DNA of 30,173 nucleotides from an uncultured Candidatus Saccharibacteria bacterium (GTDB taxonomy: Bacteria; Patescibacteriota; Dojkabacteria; SC72): assembly GCA_964488325.1 (NCBI GenBank), contig CAZAUH010000001.1:14339-44511 (forward strand). Direction: 5' to 3'. Below, in pieces: positions 9,849 through 18,812 of the stretch (its first letter is position 1; the number at the start of each line of letters is the position of its first letter). The notes under the pieces were generated by a model. The model made no database searches. It had not been told where the DNA came from and saw only the letters and a program-made list of their open reading frames with translations. A program made the position numbers and the translations under genes.

Positions 9849-11627
9849 TTATTTACTCCAGTATGCAACATCTGCAAATCTTTGATATGGAAACATTATC
9901 CCACTGATATCACTAATTTGTACATTATCTCTTACAACATATTGGTAGTTTGGATGATACAAAAACATCACAGGTACATCCTGAGTTATATATTTCTGGA
10001 ACAAAGCGTAATTAGTGGTTCTTTTTTCTAATTTAAGACTCTTTCTTGCTTCTTCTAATAGGATATCAACTCTCTCATATGTATATCCTGAAAGATTTAA
10101 ATCAGGATAGTTAGTCTTAAGAGAATGCCATAAGTTATACTGATCTGGGTCAATTGTAGTTTCAACTTCATACATTAATAGTTCGAAATCTCTAGTAGCT
10201 ACTATCTCTTGTGTAAGCTGTGTATATGAAAGTGGTTCGAGATTAAGAACAACTCCCTCCTGTTTTAATAAATCACTTAATGCTCTAGCAATTCTTTCAT
10301 TTAAATCGTTTTGATAATAGCTTAGGGTAAAACTCAATATCTTTTTATCCTGTGTTTCAAAATATCCACTTGTTTCATTTTTGGTATATCCCAATTTGTT
10401 TAAAATGGCGTTTGCTTTCTCTTGGTTATACTCATAACGTACAATACTACTCTCACTATACGCCCATGAGCTTTGTGCAATTGGACTATCAGCAACCTCT
10501 CCAGATATGCTAGCGTTTTCTAAAAGTATCTTTTTATCAGTTAAATGATTTAATGCTATCCTAAGATCTTTACTCTCTAATCTCTCTTTCCTTGTATTAA
10601 AAAATATCATTCTTAATCTAGAATTTAATGTAACAGAGTACTCTCTATAACCAGAATACTCATCTGTATATGACATACTAAATTCATCAACACTACCAAT
10701 TGCATCTAATATCCCATTTCTAAATGCTGCTTCAAGACCATCATAACTTGAATAGAGACGATATATAAATGTTTCAATTTTGGGTGTAATCCAATAATGC
10801 TCTGAAGCTTTAAGATATACAACATTGGGCTCAGACCTATATACTTCATAAGGACCTGATCCAAGTGGGAATTTCGCAAAAGAATCAAAAGGTATCTTTG
10901 ATATCTGTATATTTTCAAGTTTATGTTTAGGAACAATATATACAGAAATAGCCTCAAAGAAAGTAGCATTACTCTCAGGAAGAGTAAATCTAATCTTGTC
11001 CTCTGATATTTTCTCAATCTTAACATCAATCAATGAAGTTCCAATAGTATCATAGTTATATTTTGATGAGAGTTCCTTTGCGATTTCTAATGTAAACAAA
11101 ATATCATCAACTGTAAGAGGTTTCCCATCTTGCCATTTATGATTTAGCGACACTGTAATATCATAGGTTTTTCCATCAGGTGAGACAATCCATTTTTCAG
11201 CAATACCTTTTTGAGGAGTACCCTCTTTAGATATATTAACTAACTTTTCAAATACCAATGCTCTAATATCAGCATCTACATTACTTTGTGAAGTAAATAT
11301 GGGATTAAAGGAAGAGATTGCTCCAACACTACCCTCAATAAAGATATCCTCTCTTTCTTTCGAAATAACATTCGCAAATGTAGAACTAGTTAAAAAAGCA
11401 AAAAGAGATATCCCGATAACAGAAAAAATGAGAATAAAACTAAGAGGAGCAGTATCTCTAAAAAATCTTCCTATATTTAAAGGATACTCCCATATCCAAT
11501 CCCTAAGAGATATTCGCTTTTTCTTCGTACCTACCTTAATTATATTCTTCGATGGCTTAATCAGTTGAAAGGCCTCTTTCATTGACTTACTTATTAATTC
11601 CTTTTCCTTGCGAATTGGATTTGACAT
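9849..11627 (-). CDS. Peptide/nickel-type ABC substrate-binding protein (family 5), N-terminal TM anchor
   Basis: EGSVGAISSFNP, KWQDGKPLTVDDILFT, PLGSGPY and late LLEEAR motifs of SBP family 5. Confidence 0.88.
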   Translation of the reverse strand: MSNPIRKEKELISKSMKEAFQLIKPSKNIIKVGTKKKRISLRDWIWEYPLNIGRFFRDTAPLSFILIFSVIGISLFAFLTSSTFANVISKEREDIFIEGSVGAISSFNPIFTSQSNVDADIRALVFEKLVNISKEGTPQKGIAEKWIVSPDGKTYDITVSLNHKWQDGKPLTVDDILFTLEIAKELSSKYNYDTIGTSLIDVKIEKISEDKIRFTLPESNATFFEAISVYIVPKHKLENIQISKIPFDSFAKFPLGSGPYEVYRSEPNVVYLKASEHYWITPKIETFIYRLYSSYDGLEAAFRNGILDAIGSVDEFSMSYTDEYSGYREYSVTLNSRLRMIFFNTRKERLESKDLRIALNHLTDKKILLENASISGEVADSPIAQSSWAYSESSIVRYEYNQEKANAILNKLGYTKNETSGYFETQDKKILSFTLSYYQNDLNERIARALSDLLKQEGVVLNLEPLSYTQLTQEIVATRDFELLMYEVETTIDPDQYNLWHSLKTNYPDLNLSGYTYERVDILLEEARKSLKLEKRTTNYALFQKYITQDVPVMFLYHPNYQYVVRDNVQISDISGIMFPYQRFADVAYWSK

Positions 11628-11636
11628 ACTTTAACT

Positions 11637-11870
11637 TTAGGCAGAGTATTTATAAATCAACAACGATATCAATATCAGAAGTACTATGAGAGTAATTGTA
11701 AAGTAGTAGAGAAATTTCTCTAAACCTCTCTTTGTTCTAAATACCTCTCCACCACCACCAAACATCTTACCTAATCCCTCTGCTCTATTTTGCAAAAGAA
11801 CAGAAATAACAAGAATTAGACAAATAGCAATTTGTACGTAAAGAAGAATATTTTGTAGACTTGAATTCAT
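11637..11870 (-). CDS. secG: Preprotein translocase subunit SecG
   Basis: Two TMs around VLLQNRAEGLGKMFGGGG...RTKRGLEKFL. The start is placed at the second ATG (11870), 7 nt after TATAAT. Confidence 0.92.
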   Translation of the reverse strand: MNSSLQNILLYVQIAICLILVISVLLQNRAEGLGKMFGGGGEVFRTKRGLEKFLYYFTITLIVLLILISLLIYKYSA

Positions 11871-11888
11871 AGCCATGATTATACAATA

Positions 11889-12296
11889 TTAAGAACTTTT
11901 CTCAAGAACCTTTAATATTGAAGACAAAAAAGAGTAAGAAACACTTCCAAATACCATTGTAATTAATACTGTAACAGGAAAACTATGTATAACTAAATTT
12001 CCAGTACTAATACCCTCAAAAGTATATTCCTCTATATTAAATCCTGGCATAAACTGTTGAATCAAGAAAAAACCTCCAAAACAGAGTAGGGAGGTCATAA
12101 TAAAATTTGTTATAAAGTTTTCTCTAATAGTAAGGAAGTTTAATATCCCAGAGGAAAGAAATACTGTAATTGAAAGAATTAATAAACAGGATATTAAATA
12201 TATTGGATTAGTAGGCATAGTTATTCCTCTATATATTGTAAGGATAAAGTATGCACACAGCATATACTGAATAAAATTTTTTAGAAACTTCCCCAT
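11889..12296 (-). CDS. 4-TM membrane protein, divergent phage-holin-4/YvlD-like
   Basis: Four hydrophobic segments. The ILNFLTIRENFIT...FMPGFNI pattern resembles the holin 4-2 family, and it lies directly upstream of secG. Confidence 0.6.
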   Translation of the reverse strand: MGKFLKNFIQYMLCAYFILTIYRGITMPTNPIYLISCLLILSITVFLSSGILNFLTIRENFITNFIMTSLLCFGGFFLIQQFMPGFNIEEYTFEGISTGNLVIHSFPVTVLITMVFGSVSYSFLSSILKVLEKSS

Positions 12297-12429
12297 TTAT
12301 CTACATATTCATCTTAGATACATTAATATTAGCATTTTACATATTTAAGACATATATATGCAAATTGAAATAATATAGGATAGATAAATTGTTGTTGAAG
12401 TTATACATCTTAATGTATATTGAATATAT

Positions 12430-13854
12430 ATGGATTCTTTTTGTAAGACAAAAATTATAGCAACCATAGGTCCTTCTTCATGGGATGATACTACTTTAAA
12501 AGAGATGATCTGTAACGGTATGGATGTTGCAAGAATAAATGCTTCTTTTGCTGATTTTGATGAACTTTCAAGAGTATCAAAAAGTATAAGGGATATATCC
12601 CCCAGAGTAGCATTAATGTTAGATACAAAAGGATTCAAAATAAGAGTAACAGGCTTTGAAAAAGAGAGAGAACTCAAAACCGGAGACAGAATAATAGTTG
12701 TTTCTGAGGAGTACTTAAAAAGTAAACCGGAATCTGATAAATACTTAGCGATTACATACCAATCTCTTTATAAAGATATCTCACGTAATGTGACCATACT
12801 TTTAGATGATGGTAATATAATTCTTAAAGTAGTTGATATTAAAGATCAAGAAATTATCTGTGAAATAGTTCAGGGTGGAATACTTAAACCTCAAAAGACA
12901 GTAAATATTCCAAATGTTCATCTAAATTTTCCTCCTTTAAGTGAGAAAGATATTCGAGATATTAAGTTTGGAGTAGATAATGATTTTGACTTTATTTCTG
13001 CATCATATATACGAAACATTAATGATGTAGCTAATATTAGAAAAGTAATGGGTAATACTGATACAAAGTTAATAGCAAAGATAGAGGATAGAGAAGGTAT
13101 AGATAATTTTGATCAGATATTAAACTTTGTAGATGGCATTATGATTGGAAGAGGTGATATGGGTGTAGAATTACCCCTAGAAGAGGTCCCAATAGTCCAA
13201 AAACAGCTGATATATAAAAGTAGGTGCATTGGTAAGCCAGTAATTGTAGCTACACAGATGTTAGAATCAATGAAAGAGAATATTAGACCCACAAGAGCAG
13301 AGGTAAGTGATGTTGCAAATGCTGTAATGGATGGTTGTGATGCATTAATGCTTTCAGCAGAGACATCTATTGGGAAAAACCCTTCTGAAACAATTAAGAT
13401 GATGAATGATATTGCACTTAAGATTGAAAACGTTCTAACTCCTCAAAAAGTAGATGGATATACTCAAGCAAGTATAGAAACAGATGTATTATGTAATTCA
13501 TTATTAGATATTTCTAAAAATTTAAATCTTAAAGGAATCGTGGTGATATCTGAAAGTGGTAAGACCTCACAAAGCATTTCAAGACACAGACTAAATATCC
13601 CGATATGGGAAGTAGGTAATAATCTAAAGAGGATAAGGCAAAACTCATTACTAAGAGGAGTGAAAGGATACTTTTTAAAGGACTTACCAACTGATAGAGA
13701 TATTGCAGTACAAAGAGCAGTAGAGTGTGTATATTCATATGGAGAGTTGGATTTAGAGGATAAAATTGCTATTATTAGTGGCAGTTCTATTAAAAACAGA
13801 TCCAACAACAGTATACTAGAAATTTCAATAGTAAAAGATGTAATTGGATCTTAA
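12430..13854 (+). CDS. pyk: Pyruvate kinase
   Basis: KTKIIATIGP, AKIE, IGRGDMGVE, VATQMLESM and PTRAEVSDVANA motifs. Confidence 0.96.
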   Translation: MDSFCKTKIIATIGPSSWDDTTLKEMICNGMDVARINASFADFDELSRVSKSIRDISPRVALMLDTKGFKIRVTGFEKERELKTGDRIIVVSEEYLKSKPESDKYLAITYQSLYKDISRNVTILLDDGNIILKVVDIKDQEIICEIVQGGILKPQKTVNIPNVHLNFPPLSEKDIRDIKFGVDNDFDFISASYIRNINDVANIRKVMGNTDTKLIAKIEDREGIDNFDQILNFVDGIMIGRGDMGVELPLEEVPIVQKQLIYKSRCIGKPVIVATQMLESMKENIRPTRAEVSDVANAVMDGCDALMLSAETSIGKNPSETIKMMNDIALKIENVLTPQKVDGYTQASIETDVLCNSLLDISKNLNLKGIVVISESGKTSQSISRHRLNIPIWEVGNNLKRIRQNSLLRGVKGYFLKDLPTDRDIAVQRAVECVYSYGELDLEDKIAIISGSSIKNRSNNSILEISIVKDVIGS

Positions 13855-13859
13855 TACTT

Positions 13860-13932
13860 GGTGACGTAGCCAAGCTGGTTAAGGCCGTGGTCTGCAAAAC
13901 CACTACCATGGGTTCGAGTCCCATCGTCACCT
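13860..13932 (+). tRNA. tRNA-Cys(GCA)
   Basis: Acceptor stem GGTGACG/CGTCACC, anticodon arm GTGGT-CTGCAAA-ACCAC, T-arm GGTTCGAGTCC and U discriminator as expected for Cys. No encoded CCA. Confidence 0.96.
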
Positions 13933-13959
13933 TTTACTCCTTTTATATTTTAAACAGAT

Positions 13960-14961
13960 ATGAAAAAAAGGATATTGAGTATAGATTTTTTAAGAGCTAC
14001 TGCTATCCTCTTTATGACTATTACCCATGTTAATGCAATACTCTACTTAGGCAATAATCCTATTCTAGATATATTTACAACTATTGGTGCTGCTATTAGT
14101 TTCTCAATTTTTCTATTCTCTTCTGCATATATTTCAGGTATTAAGATTCAAAAGGGTGAAAAGATTCCTATAATTAATACATTGAGAAGAGTACTAGAAA
14201 TATATATTGTTTATATTCTTCTTGGGGTATTAGTTTCAATTGTATTAGAGGGAGATATTACTTTAACAAAGATATTTGATATCGCATTGTTAAAACATAT
14301 TCCTGAATTTACTGAATTTCTAATATCATTTATCCTGTTCTCCTTTGTGTCTTTGATATTTCAAAAACAGATAAGGTATTTAATCAGCAAACCTTTCCTC
14401 TTTATTTTTATTACAATATTTATCTATATGTTAGGTGATTTTATATATGTTGTAATATCTAAACATACATATCCTGAAGTTATAAGGATAGTATTTGAAA
14501 ATATATTTGGATATCAATCACTTCATAGATTCCCATTGACTTACTATTTACCCCTATATACATTTGGAATACTTCTAAGTAAGTATAAAAAGGATAAGGT
14601 TTTAATATATACATTTATTACCTCTTTATTAATCTTTTTAATTCTATATTCCTTCAAACTCTCTTCCTGGAACAGGTGGCCTCCATCTATTATGTTTTTA
14701 TCATATGGTTTTCTATATATTCCTTTTGTATTACTAATTTATAGAAAATTTCAAAAAGCATTCTTTAACAAATTTCTTGTTTTCTTCACACGTATTGGCC
14801 GATACCCACTTGAGCAGCTCTTTCTTTCAACCTTTCTATTATTTACAATTAGAGCATTAATTCAACCAACTACCAATGAGATAGTGAGCATTTTAGTTAA
14901 TATTTTCATATTAACTACCTTGTCGCTTTACCCTATAGTATTTCGTCGTAAAATGGTATAA
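13960..14961 (+). CDS. Multi-TM acyltransferase-like protein (DUF1624/HGSNAT-catalytic/OpgC-like)
   Basis: N-terminal RILSIDFLRATAILFMTITH matches the R-x-x-S-I-D-x-x-R...M...H motif. About 9 TMs and a late RWPPS motif. Confidence 0.7.
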   Translation: MKKRILSIDFLRATAILFMTITHVNAILYLGNNPILDIFTTIGAAISFSIFLFSSAYISGIKIQKGEKIPIINTLRRVLEIYIVYILLGVLVSIVLEGDITLTKIFDIALLKHIPEFTEFLISFILFSFVSLIFQKQIRYLISKPFLFIFITIFIYMLGDFIYVVISKHTYPEVIRIVFENIFGYQSLHRFPLTYYLPLYTFGILLSKYKKDKVLIYTFITSLLIFLILYSFKLSSWNRWPPSIMFLSYGFLYIPFVLLIYRKFQKAFFNKFLVFFTRIGRYPLEQLFLSTFLLFTIRALIQPTTNEIVSILVNIFILTTLSLYPIVFRRKMV

Positions 14962-14962
14962 T
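14954..14962 (+). promoter_or_regulatory. Extended -10 promoter (TGGTATAAT), leaderless, overlapping the upstream stop codon
   Basis: TGnTATAAT 6 nt before the ATG at 14969. The TAA stop of the upstream gene (14959-14961) lies inside the hexamer. Confidence 0.68.
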
Positions 14963-14968
14963 TAAGGT

Positions 14969-16270
14969 ATGAATAAGAAATTAATAATATTGATTGGGCT
15001 ATTCCTTTTATTAATTGCCTCTTCACTATTAATTCCAAAACTTAATAACTCTCCAAACCCTCCATTATCTAATGACAACGAGGTAAAAGGAGATACAAAA
15101 GATATATGTCTTGAAACTCAAGGCTTGGCATCTGATATATTTCAATCTTTAGCAATTGAAAGAAAATGGTATGTTAAGTCTCCATACATAGAGAATAATA
15201 ATATTAAGTTTGAATTTGACTTACCAAAAGATAATGTCTCAGTATCATACTCCTTAAATGAAGAAACCTTTCCTGCACAATATATAGAAAATAAATGGAG
15301 TATTGATATCCCTATCGAGACTTTAGATTCTAATGAATATAAGCTAATAATTAAATCTGAAATTTGTGAAGCCAAAATCTCCAAATCCTTCTCTTTTAAG
15401 GTGTCAAATCCTGTGTATGTTGTATGGAGTATAGACTGGGAAGGATTTGATGTTAAAGATAAATATCTAGATGAGATGGCTAGAATTTCAAAACAGTATT
15501 CTGCTCCAATGACACATTTTTTTAATCCATATATATACATATACCTATCTTCTTCAAGAGCAAGCGATTTAACAAATTGGGTTAAAAGTAGAGATGGAGA
15601 AAGTATTGGTTTACATATCCATATGTATAACAAGTTAGTACAGGCTAGTGGAGTTACTGTTAATAATGATCCTGCTTGGGGAAGTCCTACAGGTAATGGT
15701 CATGATACTCCAAATAGTAACTATGGATATGATGATTATAAAAGGATTATTCAATGGTCATTACAACAATATGAGAAGAATGGATTAGAACAACCTACCA
15801 TGTATAGAGCAGGGGGATGGTATATAGATGAGGAAAATATTCTTGTATTAAAAAATCTTGGGTTTTATGTTGAATCATCTGGAAGAACATTCTATAAACA
15901 TGGAAGTAACCTTTTAGAGGGACCTTGGAATCTAAAAGAGAATACTCAGCCATATCAAATGAATAGTAAAGATCAAAATATTACAGACAATCCAGATATC
16001 AATATCTGGGAATATCCTAATAACGGGGGAGATTCATGGGCATTCTCTACTGAAAAATTAATCTCTAGATTTAAAGCTAACTATAATGGAGGAATTGCAA
16101 AAAGTAATACAGTAATAACTTTCATCTCCCATCCACATTGGTTTGATAAGGAAGGACCTAATATTGAAGGTGTATTAAAATATATCTCAAACAGTACATA
16201 TTCTTCTGATAACGGTCCTGTAATATTTATTACACTTGATAAAGTACACCAATATACTGTAAAACAGTAG
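14969..16270 (+). CDS. Membrane-anchored polysaccharide deacetylase-like (CE4/NodB-fold, WalW-like) protein
   Basis: N-terminal TM, then SIDWEG, GLHIH, YRAGGW and SHPHW metal/catalytic-type motifs. Confidence 0.72.
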   Translation: MNKKLIILIGLFLLLIASSLLIPKLNNSPNPPLSNDNEVKGDTKDICLETQGLASDIFQSLAIERKWYVKSPYIENNNIKFEFDLPKDNVSVSYSLNEETFPAQYIENKWSIDIPIETLDSNEYKLIIKSEICEAKISKSFSFKVSNPVYVVWSIDWEGFDVKDKYLDEMARISKQYSAPMTHFFNPYIYIYLSSSRASDLTNWVKSRDGESIGLHIHMYNKLVQASGVTVNNDPAWGSPTGNGHDTPNSNYGYDDYKRIIQWSLQQYEKNGLEQPTMYRAGGWYIDEENILVLKNLGFYVESSGRTFYKHGSNLLEGPWNLKENTQPYQMNSKDQNITDNPDINIWEYPNNGGDSWAFSTEKLISRFKANYNGGIAKSNTVITFISHPHWFDKEGPNIEGVLKYISNSTYSSDNGPVIFITLDKVHQYTVKQ

Positions 16271-16272
16271 TA

Positions 16273-18441
16273 ATGGAATTTGAAAATTGGGTTACTCAAG
16301 TTAGTGATAAACTTCCGAATTTTACAGTAAGAATCTTCTTACTAATATCTATCATTTTGTTGATACTAATATCTATTTTGTTCCTTGAGCTCTCAAAAAG
16401 AGAATATCGTTCTCTCCTTTTAAAGAAAATAATTGGAATACGCTATCTTCTACTGAGTTCCATTTCATTAATCATGGGTTTGGGAATGTACTTTCTTTAT
16501 GATTCACGTATTAAAGAAATCTTTGGAAACAACTTAATCTATATACTCTTTCCCTTTGGTTTCTGTTCAATCTTTTCTGCATGTAAATATATATTCGGGT
16601 TATTTAATAAAAGAAAGATACAGGGAATTCTTTCAAAAATGGAACTCCTTTTACTTTCTTTAATTTTTTTATCTCTCCTTCTCATTTCCCTATTTACAGT
16701 TCCTCATGTATCAGCCACGACCCAATCTAACTCCCAAATATTGGAAAATACTGAACAAGTAACTTTAAAATTCTCATCTCCATTAAAAACATCTGCTCTA
16801 ATAGTAACTGTTTCTCCAGAGAATCAGTTTGATTTTGAATATGACTACTTTTTAGGATTAAAGTCTTTTGTTGAAAGTATTACAATCATTCCAACAGAAT
16901 CATTCTTACCCAATCAAAAAATTGTTATCTACACAACAGGAATACAAAGAATTTTTCCTTGGGGTATTAATCATGAAAACAGCCAAGAGTTTTTTACACC
17001 TAAAGATCCTGATGTCCAAGAGGTTGTACTTGGTACAGATATTTCAAATGTTAATATTGAGCAACCTATTCTGATTGAATTAGATTCTAATGATCAGAAA
17101 TCAGTAGAGTGGACTGCAATATTCAAACCCGAGGCAGAGTACAAACTACTTAGAGAATTTGATAACACATTAACAATCCAACCTACAAAATTAAAACAGG
17201 GTACTGCATACGAATTAGAAATAATTAAAAGTATTATTATTTACAATCCAAAAACTTTAGAGAAAATATCTACACAGTCTCAAGAGAGTGTAAGAAATAT
17301 CTCATTTAAAACAACACCTGCTCCCGGCATAGAAAGTTATAATAGGAGTAATGGTATATATCCTAATAGTGAACCATTAAAAGTAAATTTTCAAGTTCCT
17401 TTAGACGAAGCTTCACTTAAAGATAGAGTACTCATTTCTCCAACAGTAGATGGTGATATCTCACTTTCAACTGATAAGAAGCAGTTGCTTTTTACTCCAA
17501 AGGGAAGTTTTGCAAAGAATACTGAATATACATTCACACTATTAAGTGGAATAGAAAATCTTCTAGGAGGATATACAGAGAGTGATATATCTATTACATT
17601 TAAAACTCCTGGATACGTTGCATTACTGTATTCTACTCCTAGAAATGGCTCTACTAGCTTATCTTTATCTACGCCTTCAATTTCACTTACATTTAACCAA
17701 CCTGTTAATCACAACAGTGTTCAAGAAAGATTTAGTATATCTCCAGCTGTGAATGGCACCTTCTCATGGAGTGGAAACACTCTTACGTATAGCTTTGCTA
17801 ATTCCCTATCATATGGAACCAAATATTCGGTTAGTATTGCTAAGGGTATAGTTGCTACATATGGAATAAACTCCGCATCAACTATTACCACTTCATTCTC
17901 AACAAAGCCTGAGACTGTTCAACTTAATGTTCCCCTCTACTATCAAACAGAATCATTTACATGTAATTTAGCTGCTACAAGAATGATACTAGCATATAAA
18001 GGGATTTCAAGTTCGGAGGGAAGTATAAGAGACTCAATTGGAATAGGACAAGACCCAAATTCAAGCTGGGTAAATAAATACGGAGTACATTGGGGACCAT
18101 TATCATCGTATATCTCAAGTAGGGGTATTAGTAACTCTTTAAAAAGAGGTTGGAATCTTACCTCTGCTTTACAAGAGATAAAAAATGGTCATCCAATCCT
18201 AATATATGTTTATAATGGAAGCTCTATTCCTAAAGGACCTATGGAATTAGAAGGAGGATATATAGGTTACAAAGGTATGCACTCTGCTGTAATTATCGGA
18301 TACTCAGGTACTCCTGAATCTCCTACAGCTGTCATTGTAAATGATCCATGGAGAGGTAAAAGAAATCTTACTCCAAGTACCTTTAAATATCTCTGGTACT
18401 ATTCTAGATACTTAAACAATACAGGAATAGTAATATATTGA
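16273..18441 (+). CDS. 4-TM protein with Ig-like (Big_5-type) repeats and a C-terminal C39-like cysteine peptidase
   Basis: Four N-terminal TMs; Ig-like starts LKFSSPL, VNFQVPLD and LTFNQPVN; C39-type VPLYYQ...TCNLAA (Cys), HSAVIIGY (His) and NDPW (Asp). Confidence 0.82.
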   Translation: MEFENWVTQVSDKLPNFTVRIFLLISIILLILISILFLELSKREYRSLLLKKIIGIRYLLLSSISLIMGLGMYFLYDSRIKEIFGNNLIYILFPFGFCSIFSACKYIFGLFNKRKIQGILSKMELLLLSLIFLSLLLISLFTVPHVSATTQSNSQILENTEQVTLKFSSPLKTSALIVTVSPENQFDFEYDYFLGLKSFVESITIIPTESFLPNQKIVIYTTGIQRIFPWGINHENSQEFFTPKDPDVQEVVLGTDISNVNIEQPILIELDSNDQKSVEWTAIFKPEAEYKLLREFDNTLTIQPTKLKQGTAYELEIIKSIIIYNPKTLEKISTQSQESVRNISFKTTPAPGIESYNRSNGIYPNSEPLKVNFQVPLDEASLKDRVLISPTVDGDISLSTDKKQLLFTPKGSFAKNTEYTFTLLSGIENLLGGYTESDISITFKTPGYVALLYSTPRNGSTSLSLSTPSISLTFNQPVNHNSVQERFSISPAVNGTFSWSGNTLTYSFANSLSYGTKYSVSIAKGIVATYGINSASTITTSFSTKPETVQLNVPLYYQTESFTCNLAATRMILAYKGISSSEGSIRDSIGIGQDPNSSWVNKYGVHWGPLSSYISSRGISNSLKRGWNLTSALQEIKNGHPILIYVYNGSSIPKGPMELEGGYIGYKGMHSAVIIGYSGTPESPTAVIVNDPWRGKRNLTPSTFKYLWYYSRYLNNTGIVIY

Positions 18442-18478
18442 TAAAAGGACAAATCTATTCTAAAATACATAACTCTGA

Positions 18479-18562
18479 GCCGAGATGGCGGAATAGGCAG
18501 ACGCGCGGGACTTAAAATCCCGTTCTAGAAATAGAGTGGGGGTTCGATTCCCCCTCTCGGCA
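18479..18562 (+). tRNA. tRNA-Leu(TAA)
   Basis: Acceptor stem GCCGAGA/TCTCGGC, anticodon arm CGGGA-CTTAAAA-TCCCG, long variable arm and GGTTCGATTCC T-arm. No encoded CCA. Confidence 0.96.
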
Positions 18563-18566
18563 GGTT

Positions 18567-18812
18567 CTAATCAACATCCTCAAATAAATCAGGATTCTCA
18601 TTACCACACTTTGGACATTTTTTAATCTCTTCTACACCCTCATATACATATCCACACTTTAAACATTTCCATCTAGTCCATGTAAGATCTAAATCTTCAG
18701 GATTATCTGGGTTCTCAATATACTCTTTAGGTAAATTAGGATCTATATGTGATGTTAAACCATTAGGTGTTACACTTGTATTTTGATTATCATTCTTTAG
18801 TGTATCCTCCAT
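18567..18812 (-). CDS. Small rubredoxin-like (CxxC...CPxC) metal-binding protein
   Basis: WKCLKCGYVYEG...KCPKCG. Overlaps the 3' end of cmk by 23 nt. Confidence 0.78.
   Translation of the reverse strand: MEDTLKNDNQNTSVTPNGLTSHIDPNLPKEYIENPDNPEDLDLTWTRWKCLKCGYVYEGVEEIKKCPKCGNENPDLFEDVD

Noticed and set aside
9744-10031. 95-aa ORF
   Set aside because: It runs through tRNA-Leu(CAG) and the antisense of the SBP gene.
11889-12296. Prophage signalled by the holin-like gene
   Set aside because: There are no other phage genes, and the family also occurs as ordinary chromosomal membrane proteins.
13860-18562. Integrated island at tRNA-Cys or tRNA-Leu
   Set aside because: I saw no integrase, no duplicated tRNA 3' end (att) and no obvious compositional shift.
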